DNA of 63,445 nt, the filler included, from Octopus bimaculoides (taxonomy: Eukaryota), in assembly GCF_001194135.2 (NCBI RefSeq). It is 5 parts of 5 records of this genome, joined end to end, with 100 filler letters (N's around TTAATTAATTAA, not from the genome) between each part and the next. Parts side by side here need not be neighbours in the genome. Positions count along the whole stretch, not along the records: positions 34,746 to 50,909 come from NC_068986.1; positions 51,010 to 60,537 come from NC_069000.1; 3 more parts are not named here. One strand, written 5' to 3'. The notes beneath the pieces are model-generated. The model worked only from the letters and a program-made list of their open reading frames with translations. It ran no database searches and was not told the DNA's origin. Below, one piece after another: positions 39,029 through 51,165 of the stretch (positions within the stretch are counted from its first letter, which is position 1; each line of letters begins with the position of its first letter). Position numbers and translations under genes: made by a program.

Positions 39029-39249
39029 TCTTTTTTTACTTGTTCCAGTTATTTGACCGCCCTTTAGCCGAACAAATCGATCCCAGGACTTATTCTTTGA
39101 AAGCCCAGTACTTCTTCCATCGTTTTCTTTCGCCGAACCGCTAGGATATGAGATGTTACGAGAAGGGCGTAAACACACCGACATCACTTGTCAAGCGATG
39201 GTAGGGAAACAAACAAACAAATATATAAACACACACACACACATACACT

Positions 39250-39285
<36 letters not shown>

Positions 39286-39547
39286 NNNNNNNNNNNNNNN
39301 NNNNNNNNNNNNNNNNNNNNNNNNNNNNNNNNNNNNNNNNNNNNNNNNNNNNNNNNNNNNNNNTATATATGTATATATATATACGACGGCGGTCTTTAAG
39401 TTTCCGTCTACCAAATCTACTCAAAAGGCTTTTGTCGGCCCGATGCTATAGCAGAAAACACCTGCCCAAGTTGCCACGCACCGGGACTGAACCCGGAGCC
39501 ATGTGGTTGGAAAGTAAACTTGTTACCCCACAACTACCCCTGCACCT
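39029..39547 (-). mobile_element. SINE family M, diverged full-length copy
   Basis: Aligns with 9717-10200. Confidence 0.85.
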
Positions 39548-39651
39548 ACTTTAATAAATACATATGTGCATTATTTGATGCAAAGATATATGTTTATATA
39601 TGTACAAACACACACATGCACACACAAATAAACAAATATATTTATGTATAT

Positions 39652-39830
39652 GGGAGAATTTACGAAAAAAACAACAACAGACGAGGACAGGTGGTGTAAA
39701 CAACAAAAGGATGTATTAGTTTAACGCCCGGGAATAGAGAAAGTCTTGAACGTTTCGATCTACGCTCTTCAACAGAAATAAATAAGGAGAAAAACAAGGA
39801 CAAAACAATTTTAATGTAGTGGTCAGCGAT
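39652..39830 (-). mobile_element. Hammerhead-like repeat family H2, most complete copy
   Basis: Minus strand tttCTGTTGA-agagcgtagatc-GAAA-cGTT at 39746-39778, flanked by the shared family sequence. Confidence 0.65.
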
Positions 39831-41059
39831 CTATCATAGCGACTGCCGGACAGAAAGTTCACACAGGAGAGCTAAGAAAAGGGGGAGATAACAAAGGGGA
39901 AAGAAGCGGTGAACCCAAATACGAGAAGCTGTGTGTATTTGAGAGAATCCATGTATACATCTTTTGAACTATGGATATTCAGTATAGAGACAGTTTTCCT
40001 CCTATCGAAAAGATGTAATCAGAAAGAAGGTAGAGTAAGAGAGATGTCATTAGTGAGGGTAACCCCCGGACAGGCGTTCCCTCTTTATATACATAAAGAT
40101 AAACTGGGAGTAATAGAGATAGCGTAACAGGATGATAGAGCGATGCGCTATTTTCTAGAAAGAAAGACAAAAGTTTCTGTTTAGTTCCAAATGAACGAGG
40201 TGTTATATGCCAATGGAGATACAGATTCATCAACACCGTGAGTTACTGCTAGTCTGCTGAAGTTATTTGAACCGAGCCTCGATTTCATTTCTCTCACGAT
40301 GTCTATGAACAAAAATATTTATCGGAGATAAAAATCAATCGGTGAATGCCCTCCGTAATGGAAGGAATGAAAATGAAATGCATACATTCTTATTTTGATT
40401 TTCCTTGCTACTTGTGCTTACACGAAATGAATTCCAGCAACGCAAGCCTCCGCTCTCAGTAACTAATGTGTTGTCGGCTGTTTCTATGTTTATGAACAAA
40501 TGCTTCGGCGTAGCTTCAAGTGATCGACGGAGCAACTTCCAATGATTAAAACTCCCGCATCAATAGCATCTAAAGTTCAAAACTAGAGCAGCAGGTTTAA
40601 AAATGAATGTACACATCTGTCGTTGAACTGTGGATAACTCAAAATTGATCTGTGAATCGAGTTATGAATGTATTTATGTCTATGCGTATATATATATATA
40701 TATATATATNNNNNNNNNNNNNNNNNNNNNNNNNNNNNNNNNNNNNNNNNNNNNNNNNNNNNNNNNNNNNNNNNNNNNNNNNNNNNNNNNNNNNNNNNNN
40801 NNNNNNNNNNNNNNNNNNNNNNNNNNNNNNNNNNNNNNNNNNNNNNNNNNNNNNNNNNNNNNNNNNNNNNNNNNNNNNNNNNNNNNNNNNNNNNNNNNNN
40901 NNNNNNNNNNNNNNNNNNNNNNNNNNNNNNNNNNNNNNNNNNNNNNNNNNNNNNNNNNNNNNNNNNNNNNNNNNNNNNNNNNNNNNNNNNNNNNNNNNNN
41001 NNNNNNNNNNNNNNNNNNNNNNNNNNNNNNNNNNNNNNNNNTATATATATATATATATA

Positions 41060-42318
41060 CAGGGTGGGGAAGCAAAATGTACAATGAATTTTAGTTGTTT
41101 TTTCTCAGCAGGCACTAAGTCAATTGTTTTGAAACCTAGCATATATTAATGTCAGGATCTACCTGACACTATTATCCTTACCTTTTCAGAATATTTTGCC
41201 TACGTGAGTAATCAGGAGAGTAAATGTCAAAGAGTGCGTGACCTGCTGAAAGCACTCGTCACATCAAAGGCGATTTTAAGAATAGTTGGAGTGTCCATAA
41301 TAACTCTTTATAATGTAAAGAATAGAATGGCTATGAGTAAAACGATTACGAGGAAGTATGGAAGTGGAGGAATCAACAAACGCTGTACCAAAACTTTTAT
41401 TACAGCTCTCAAATCCAAAATCCTAAAGGATCCAACCAAATCCATGAGAATATGGTAATTGAACCTGAAGTAGACAACAAGACCATTAGAAATGCAGCAA
41501 AACATGATTTGAGGTAAACATCTAACACAAGAACACCAAAACACTTGCTGACAACAGCTATGAAGGAAAAGAGATTGGAAAGGTGCAAGCAAATTATTAC
41601 ATGGTTCAACAAAAAGTCCTCTATTGTAACGATCGTTTCAGATGAAAATATCTTCACTGTCGATGCTGTTTTGAACCGCAGAAATGACAGATTTATCGCA
41701 AAATCAACAGCTGAGGTTAAGAGGACATTAAAAAAAAAGCATCCTGCTCAAGTTATGGCTTTTGGTGTTGTGGCTTCTGATGGAAAGAAATGCCTATAGA
41801 ATTCTACAAAGCTGCTGAAACGATCAATGTTAATACTTACTACAAGACTCTGAGATACCAGGTATTGCCATGGCTTCAAGCAAACTACCCAGATGGTAAT
41901 TATGTATGGACAAAGGATGGTGCTCCAGCCCACACAGCTACAAAAATACAAGATTTCTGCAAATCCAACTTTAGCAGTTTTTTGGAATCATGTTTATGGC
42001 CGCCTCTAGCCAAGATCTAAATCCTCCGGATTATGCTATTTGGGGCATTTTAGAACATGCCACCAATAGAACACCACACAACAATATCGACTCTCTTAAA
42101 GATACTATTAAAGAAGAATATGAGTTGTCTACCGAATATTTGAGGAACACTCGCACAAGTTTCAGGAAGCGTGTGAAGGCAGTTATTGAGAAAGGAGGAC
42201 GCATGCAATAAAAATATTTTCTATTATGTAAATTTTCCTGTGACAAATAAATTAATTGGTCGTACACTGTCTTTCAATCCCTGCCTTCAAATATTGTAAA
42301 TTTTGCTTCCCTACCCCG
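41060..42318 (+). mobile_element. Full-length Tc1/mariner DD37D (maT) transposon, inactivated
   Basis: 26-bp TIRs cagggtggggaagcaaaatgtacaat / attgtaaattttgcttccctaccccg within TA tracts; transposase MSNQESK..SDENIF..KDGAPAH..WPP(SS)QDLNPPDY with 37-residue spacing; several frameshifts and a stop. Confidence 0.92.
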
Positions 42319-42621
42319 ATATATACACACACACACACACACACACGCACACACACACGCACACACACACACACACACACACATANNNNNNNNNNNNNNN
42401 NNNNNNNNNNNNNNNNNNNNNNNNNNNNNNNNNNNNNNNNNNNNNNNNNNNNNNNNNNNNNNNNNNNNNNNNNNNNNNNNNNNNNNNNNNNNNNNNNNNN
42501 NNNNNNNNNNNNNNNNNNNNNNNNNNNNNNNNNNNNNNNNNNNNNNNNNNNNNNNNNNNNNNNNNNNNNNNNNNNNNNNNNNNNNNNNNNNNNNNNTATA
42601 TATATGTATGTATATATATGT

Positions 42622-43457
42622 AGTCTGGTCAATAAGTATCCGGACTTGTTGTTCCGATTGGCACAGATTGACCTTGAAATCCGCTGCGCCTGCGCTCTGA
42701 GTTTTAATTTCCTTATTCACTTCTGCTGTTTACGACAGTGCTTGCAAGTAATGTGCGACATGTAGGAGAAGGTTACGCAGAGAACTCGCATCAAATTATG
42801 CCAAAAGTTTGGCGATACTTCCTCAGAAGCCTACGCAATGTTTTCAAAAAGTTTTCATCGTTCTCGACACCATGACGGAGAGAGTGTGCAACTGAAACTC
42901 GAGTATCGTTTTGGTCAGCTGAAACCGGTTTTGGCACAAACTCGGCAGACACGTGTCTCATACCCTAATCTTCAGTGAAAATATACTGAACTGAACCGTA
43001 TCTAATCTGCACAACTTCTGATGACTCACGGATGATTATTCGATGAGCTCCCTCGCAACTGCACACACATTTCAGATGTTTTTCTCAGTTCTGCTCGTTG
43101 CTGGTCTCCCAGGACATTCGTCAGTATCGGCAGTTTCTCGGCCATCTTGTAAAGGTCTGCATCACCCGTACACTTGTGTGCGGCTCGTACACACCTCTTC
43201 ATACTTTTACTGCAACATTAACTGAGATTCTGAGCAGGTATCTCCCTGACAACTTTCTCTGTCGTGGTCAATGAGACCACCGCACGTTACACACGTTATT
43301 CCCAAGCACTGCTGTAAACAGCAGAAATGAGCTAGAAGTGAAAACTTAGTGTGCATGGAGAGCAGGCTTCGAGGTCAAGCTTTGCCTAGCAGCTTTACTC
43401 TGCATGTTTTAGCTTCGTTACTATGGCAACAGTCCCGACACCTATTGATCAGACCTC

Positions 43458-43458
<1 letters not shown>
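42622..43458. mobile_element. Mariner derivative made of two inward-facing 5' ends
   Basis: TIR-like gtctggtcaataagtatccggact and agtcccgacacctattgatcagacctcg(ta); each arm continues into homologous 5'UTR and N-terminal transposase sequence in opposite orientation. Confidence 0.75.
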
Positions 43459-43497
<39 letters not shown>

Positions 43498-43589
43498 TTA
43501 GATAAATTTAAACGTGGATATATGTTTCGAACAAAGATTTCTCCATGCCATGTCTAGCTTAATAATCCCGCCTGATAGGATTATCTAAA

Positions 43590-43920
43590 TCATTCTTAAC
43601 TCAAGTTTAGTGGTATCATGGTCCATTCGAGTAGGGATTTCTTGGTGTATACGAGTAAACGTGGGTTATTTGGTATTCCTTGAAAAAATGTGTCCAGATT
43701 CCGTTTAAAAGTAAGGGGATCCTTTTTGCTTTCATCTGTCTGGAGATAATACCAAATAGGGCAGAACCTATTGAGGAAAATTGTGTTGGTCTCTATTTCT
43801 GTGTTGTGATCCTGAATTGGGTAGGGGACTTATGGTTCATGATCCGAGCCTTGGATGAATCTTGAAGCTAATGTTGAAGTCATTTGGATAAGGCTGGTTC
43901 TATATTCTCCACATGACGCA
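43590..43920 (-). mobile_element. 3' end remnant of a CR1/L2-group LINE
   Basis: Minus strand HPRLGS..SIGSALFGII..KDPLTFKRNLDTFFQGIPNNP resembles the C-terminal tail of such RTs. Confidence 0.55.
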
Positions 43921-44989
43921 AACGATGCATCGCTCACGGCAGTGCTGGAGAGAATAGAGTTTCAATGCTTTAAGACGGTCAGAGTAATCGAGATAATTCA
44001 TGTGCTTAATTATTTTAGTGAATGACTTCTGAACTAATTCACTTTCCCAAATGTTTTGTTTCTATTGGGAAACCACAGCAGGCAGCAATATAGTCTGCAT
44101 ACAGAAAGCAATAAGAATCCATGCATACTTTTGGATGCATACAGGAGAAAATTTTTACTGAAAGTATATAATAGATATCATCATTCTTTGATGTTAATAA
44201 TGCAATCTGTCGATATTAATTAATATACGCACAGACATACATACGCATGCACGCACGCATGTATACCGACACGCAAACATTCACGCTCAATATATATATA
44301 TANNNNNNNNNNNNNNNNNNNNNNNNNNNNNNNNNNNNNNNNNNNNNNNNNNNNNNNNNNNNNNNNNNNNNNNNNNNNNNNNNNNNNNNNNNNNNNNNNN
44401 NNNNNNNNNNNNNNNNNNNNNNNNNNNNNNNNNNNNNNNNNNNNNNNNNNNNNNNNNNNNNNNNNNNNNNNNNNNNNNNNNNNNNNNNNNNNNNNNNNNN
44501 NNNNNNNNNNNNATATATATATACATGGATATATATATATATATATAGATAGATAGATATATGTTAATACAGAAGGATGTAATGAATCTCGTTCCTTCCA
44601 CAAATGGCCTGGAGCCAAATATATAATGAATACCGTTTGATTACTTTCTCGTATGACATTCAATGAAGCTTTACTAATAAAACATTGTCTTTTTCTGAAA
44701 GGGGTCTAAGGATTAGATTGCTGATGTATGTTGCAGCTGCTCCACATCAGATCTGATTTGGCAGCCAAATATCCCGACTTAACAATAATATATGTGTACA
44801 GTTTTATATGACCAAATATATACAGTGTGTCCATATTTTACCTATAGAATTGGCTATAAATTTGCAGGTATGGACGATCTGCAAATATATATGTCTATAT
44901 GTATGTATGTGTTATATGTATGTGTGTATGTATGTATGTATGTATGTATGTACGTATGTTTTGTATGCATGCATGAATATATATATATA

Positions 44990-45130
44990 GTTCAAATTTA
45001 TATAAAACAACAGACGAAGACAAATGAACATGTGTATTACTTTAACGCCCGAGAAGAATGGAAAAGTCAAGGACGTTTCGAGTCGACGGTCTTTGACAAA
45101 GGATTGAGCGAGAAATAACAGTGAGAAAAA
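44990..45130 (-). mobile_element. Hammerhead-like repeat family H2, degenerate
   Basis: gtgtatta.tttaacgcccg..cgtttcgag shared with the other copies; retains ctc-GAAA-c-GTC. Confidence 0.55.
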
Positions 45131-46340
45131 ATTATTGTAGGAATTAATAGTTCAACATGATGAAATGTATGTGTGTGTCTGAGTCTGTGTGTGCTTCTAA
45201 TATTTCACTTCATTCGATGGTTCACGCATACGTAGAATTCTAATGAAATACCGCATGTAATGAATCTCAAACTACCACCATCACCAAACAACACGGCATG
45301 CTACAAACAACACCTAGACGACATTATTTCTGAGGAAACCTTCACGTTTGCAAAAAAGCTAAAACATTCCGTGTTTTTACCTTTTTGAAAGCGCGTATGT
45401 GATGGGTGGTGAAGGTTGAGAAACAATTATTGAGTGTTTATTTCAGAAAAAGTTTCGAAATTGAAATTTTCTTGGATTGCAAAACAAAAACAAAAGAAAT
45501 TAAAAGATACGAAATTAAAAGACACGAGAGATTTCTTGACCATAATGACTTACACGGTAGTGCCTTCAAGCACTGCGTAGAGTGATGTGGTGAGGGTGGA
45601 TTACAAAAAAAAAAAAAAAAAAAAGATTCAAAGCTAGACATTTGAGTTGGGGAGGGTGAAAATTTACAACTTTGAAAACGTAACTTTTTGGCCAAATCAT
45701 AATCAATATACAGCAATCGCAACAAATTTTGGGAAACAGAAAAGTGGGAAATCAAGATTAGGCCAGGTTTATCAATACGCTCGCCAGAAACATGAATTAC
45801 AAATTAAAGATAGGTTACTTCTATTGGTGTTGAGCTGTAATTTTTCGCTTGCACGCACCAACAAATACCATAGTTTGCACATGCGTGTTTGTGTGTGTGT
45901 GCACGAAAAAGAAGTTATTTTTACATACATTTCTCCATTCCAAAAGGAGACAAACTTGAGCAATACTTCCAAATTTGGCCATGATTGTTAAGCGATGAAA
46001 ACGTATGTAGGGGTGATTATGTCAGAGGAATATTTATGAAAACGCACACATAAATATCGCATTAAAATAAGCCACAGCCAAAACAATTTCATTAAAAGAC
46101 ATCCATTTCTCTATATATTATAAGGGAATACAGTCATGTGGGGCGAGGAGTTCTTTCTTGTGGTGGACTGATATATTTTACGTCTGATTTTTCAGTAAAA
46201 TTCTACGCATGCATAAAACATCACATGACAGTGAAATATTAGGAGTTTGTAGCCGATTCTGCCCATTAAAAACAGAACAAATAATACAATGGGTGTGTAG
46301 GTCATAACATCCGGCAACATCAAGATGCATTGCAAGTGTG

Positions 46341-46396
<56 letters not shown>

Positions 46397-48419
46397 CATA
46401 CCCTTGTTTGTGTTTCCATAGACATACATGTTTGTACATGTATACATGAACGTGTGTGTGTGTTAATACATGTGAGTACCGTTTTTGCAGTTTGGGTTTA
46501 GTTAGAATTACTTGAAGAACGAGATCATTTGATGAAGCCATGTATAGCGATTTTTCAAGTATCGTACTTGTTGACTAATGACTGCATTTCTCTTCATAAT
46601 GTCCCACAACGCACCTGAGAATATGCGAGTATGAGATAAACATACAGGAATAGAAATAAAGATCCACCGTATTTCAGGACCACTTGTTTACGCACCACGA
46701 AACGATGGAAGGCAATATTGACGTCGGTAAATCTTGAACCCAGTGAATCGGGTCGGTTAGCAATTAGTAATAAATCTGACACCTCCAATGTCTGTCAGTT
46801 GGATTTCATATTGTTATATATAACAATACTTAGAACTGGATTCAGAAGTAAAGAAATACAGAAGAGGAAGGTGGTCACGGGTTAAATAACATTTTTCAAA
46901 TCTAAATCATCAGTGTTCAATTGAAACAAAATGTAAGAAAATGTAAAACAACTGTAGCATCCTTTCTAATTTAGGGCAAAGACCCGTTATTCCAGGAGCC
47001 ACTTCTAGTCGATTACATCGACAACAATGCTCAAATTCGCTTGTATCATTGCGTGTGAAAAGAGGAAAGGCAGTGTTGACCATGGCGTAATTTGGACCCG
47101 AAGTGTAATGACGGATGAAATGCCGCATTTTACGGGCCTTCTAATAAATATGCCAGTTAATACAAATGTAAAAACAGCGACAAGAATGGTTTTATAAGAT
47201 TCATTCTACCATGACATATCTTTTCATTTCTCTCTGTCTGCCGAAAGAAATTACTAAATTCTCTCACCTGTTTGTTACATCACTTTCTTGTTTACGATAA
47301 ATATAAAACAATACCATTTAATGTAGATAACATTTCTGCTTAGATATCCATCAGGTTTAATTACAATATTTGTTAAATAATTAATGATTCTGTTAATATC
47401 TGAGGAATGGAATTAACAGAAAAATGTCCTTGCCTCTAATGTAGACATTTTGTTGTATATTATTTAAGGATAAAAGAAACGTAGTGGATATTTTCTCAAT
47501 GTTCATATCAGAACTATATAGAAATAATTTCAAAATGAAATACAGAATCCTTTCAAATGTCATTCCAATTTTGATTCAATAATATCCCAAATTTTAAGTA
47601 AAACCAGAATGGAACCTAAATTATTTTCGACAAATATTTCAGTTTATCAACAATGATTTCCAATATTGACAGAGCAGCTCATATTCATGGAAACGTATTT
47701 TAGATCTCATAGAATCATGTAAATGGATAGTATCATTTTAACTTACCCCAAAAGCGCTAAATGCTCGGCTTTGAAAAGAGAACGGGGAGAGATGCAGCAA
47801 AATACTCAAAGATATATTTGTAAATCCACCAAAGCGTAGCACTTGTAGCTTGATACTAAATGTTTTCAAATCTCATATCAATACAAGATTCATGCTTTTA
47901 GTTTATTTTTCACAGATTATTTTATAGATTTATCAATGTGGTACTCAAGTCTTGTAAAAAATCAAAATAGTAATGTAAGAAAAAATAAAGCAGAATATAA
48001 AAACGATATTACAAAACAGTCATAGAAAAAATTCATACAAAAGCGAATTGATTAATTCTAAATGTTCTTCACAAAATATGCCGATTTCCAACATCTATTT
48101 GTTGTATTAATATAGATTATTTTATTTTTTGATGATGCTATATCTACTGAAGTTGTTATTGCCTTTTTTTTTTATTCCTGCTGCTGATGGTAGAGGTAAT
48201 GGTTGTTCTGCAGCTTCTGTTGTTGTAGATGTTTTGGAGGATTTTCAAAGAAATATATTTATAACTACTTAAGAAAAAAAAAATGCGTAAGAATATAATT
48301 TGATTAGTGGGCGGATAAAAATAAGGAAGATAAAATGGAGAAAAGCAAGAAAAAAAATTAACCGTGCTAATAATAATGATCGTGGTTATGATAACGATGA
48401 GGATGAAGATGATGACGGA

Positions 48420-48464
48420 CGGACAACGACGAAAACGACGACGACGACGACGACGATGATGATT

Positions 48465-48498
<34 letters not shown>

Positions 48499-48623
48499 CG
48501 ACGACGAAGATGATGACGACGATGATGGTCACATCGGCAACATCAACAATAATAACGATAGTAATGATGTTATTGGCATTGGCGCTTGCACCACCTCAAC
48601 TACGAAATCAACATCCATCAAAT

Positions 48624-48668
<45 letters not shown>

Positions 48669-48670
48669 GC
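48420..48670. repeat. (GAC)n/(GAT)n/(TAC)n microsatellites
   Basis: Direct inspection. Confidence 0.95.
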
Positions 48671-48704
48671 AAAGATAAATACCACAGCCACAACAACAAT
48701 ATTG

Positions 48705-48900
48705 GGTACAAATTTTGGCACAAGGCCAGCAAAGTCGAGTGAGGGCTCAGTCGATTTATGACTCTAGGGCTCGACTGTTTCTGATTTTATCGACCTCAAA
48801 AGTCGATCTCGACGGAATTTGAGCTCAGAAGGTCAACACGAAGGAAATAAGACTAAGTACTCTGGCAGGCGTCCTAACGATTTTGCCGTTCACTGCCTTA
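48705..48900 (-). mobile_element. SINE family C, diverged
   Basis: aaattttggcacaaggcc..tatcgacc..ggaatttgagctcagaa..ctaacgatt. Confidence 0.65.
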
Positions 48901-48927
48901 CAGGATAACAACAACACCACTAATAAA

Positions 48928-48928
<1 letters not shown>

Positions 48929-48979
<51 letters not shown>

Positions 48980-49032
48980 GTAACGACAACGAAAACAGCG
49001 ATAATAATAATGATAATAATAATGAGAATACA

Positions 49033-49101
<69 letters not shown>

Positions 49102-49182
49102 NNNNNNNNNNAAGAAGAAGAAGAAGAAGAAGAAGAAGAAGAAGAAGAAGAAGAAGAAGAAGAAGAAGAAGAAGAAGAAGAA
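48929..49182. repeat. (AAT)n and (GAA)n microsatellites around a 10-N gap
   Basis: Direct inspection. Confidence 0.95.
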
Positions 49183-50159
49183 ATCAACTAAAGGACAGAA
49201 GATCCTCTTTTCAAACTATAGACAAAGTGACAAAATATACCATCCTATACAGCTTTTGATCTTCGGTTATTGGCGCAATGTTTTCGTTTGTCAATCTTTT
49301 AACTAAGTAGTTGACCATCCTCACCACATCACTCCACTCAGTGGCTGATGGGACATTATGGTCACTGCCATCTCAGACATTATGGTCATGAAATTATCTC
49401 GTATCTTTTAGTTTCTTATTTATTTCTGTCGTTGGAACACAGCCATGCTGGAACATGAGCTCGAAAAGTTTTAGTCAAACAGTCCGCTTTGTTACGGAGA
49501 CGCAAAGGACCAACACAAGTTCTCAAATGTTAGTGGTGGTGGTGGTTGTGGTAAAGACGAACACATTAAGGAATGCATTAAGGAAAGTAGGTTCCTAGCC
49601 ATACAGCAGTGCAAGTCTAAAATCGAAGTCGAATCGTTAAGCCCTTGGACGGAGTTTCAAATAGGGAGATTTACCATCATTCCAATGAGAGGAAAGTTGG
49701 AATCAGATTTTATCATTCAGAATCTCCAAGAGAGACATCTCGGATGTGTTTCTACATGCACACACACACATACACACACACTCACACATACACACACGCG
49801 CAAGCCCAAGCGCACACACAAATAAACAATGCGTGTATAGATAATATTTACCCTTATAATAAGGCATATACTCTTACTCTTTTACTCGTTTCACTCGTTT
49901 GACTGTAGCCATGCTGGAGCACCGCCTTTAGTCTTAGAAAGGGGTCTAAGGCTCTTAGCTTACACTTTTTTGGGGACAACCAGATCCAACCATTTGAAGT
50001 GTAACTGTCCGCAATGGTCGTGACCTCTGGTACTTGACTAATGAAAGAAAGCCAAGAATGATCTGTCATTATTTTGCCTGTCCTAATTGTTCTTTCTCTT
50101 GTTCGGCTTTGTGTCGTTTATCTGTCCGAACGTTTTAATGTCCTCCATTGCGTGTTGTT

Positions 50160-50233
<74 letters not shown>

Positions 50234-50909
50234 ATGCATTACAAGTATACATGTGTGTGTAAGTACAGATTATCAGACGGACATGACGCACCAACATCAC
50301 ACCCTAGAACACAAACGACCGCAATGATATATACCCACCTACGGTTGTATGGGCGCTATTGTATTTTCGTATATATCTCAGTTCTGACATGAGTCTATTG
50401 TCATATAATTTATAAGTAAAATTAGACACCGAACATGAAGGAAAAAAGAAAATAATAAAAAATCGTATGCAGTAATTTTTTTTGTTTCGTTTATGACAAT
50501 TTGAAATGAAGTCGCTTTTCGAATATCATCGAGAAATATATCTTTGTCAGGATGTAAATATTATTTTCTATCCTGTACGGAACAATCTGTCTGTGTGCAA
50601 TGTTTACATATTTAAGCATACGAATAAAAAGACACAAAATCACATCACTATCCCTCACCGTTCTCTTTGCCACCCCACTCTAACTCTCTCTATCTCTCTG
50701 TCTCTCTCACTCGTTCTCTCTCTCTCTCTGAATCTCTCCCTCCCTCACTCACACGCTAATTTTCTTTCGGCAATCAATTTATCTTTCTACCTATTTCTTT
50801 CTGTCCTACACATATAGACAAGCGCGCGGACACACACATAAACACTTGTATATGCATATATATATTATGCATATATATGTGTTTATATATATATATATAT
50901 ATATATATA

Positions 50910-51009
50910 NNNNNNNNNNNNNNNNNNNNNNNNNNNNNNNNNNNNNNNNNNNNTTAATTAATTAANNNNNNNNNNNNNNNNNNNNNNNNNNNNNNNNNNN
51001 NNNNNNNNN
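50910..51009. other. Synthetic scaffold spacer
   Basis: 44 N + TTAATTAATTAA (50954-50965) + 44 N. Confidence 0.97.
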
Positions 51010-51165
51010 CTGTTGTTATTCCATAATGTTGGCATAGCTTCCAGTGTATATAGGTCCCAGCTCTGTCGTGTCTGTGAATATATTCCTTCTTAGCCAGGAC
51101 TGGGCAGCCAGAGATAATATGATTTATTGTTTCTTGTCGATCTCCACTCCCAACAGATTAGACTG
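51010..51165 (-). mobile_element. Second R4/Dong-like fragment (zinc-knuckle region)
   Basis: ETINHIISGCPVLAKKEYIHRHDRAGTYIHWKLCQHYG; paralogous to but distinct from the knuckle at 51700-51810. Confidence 0.8.
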
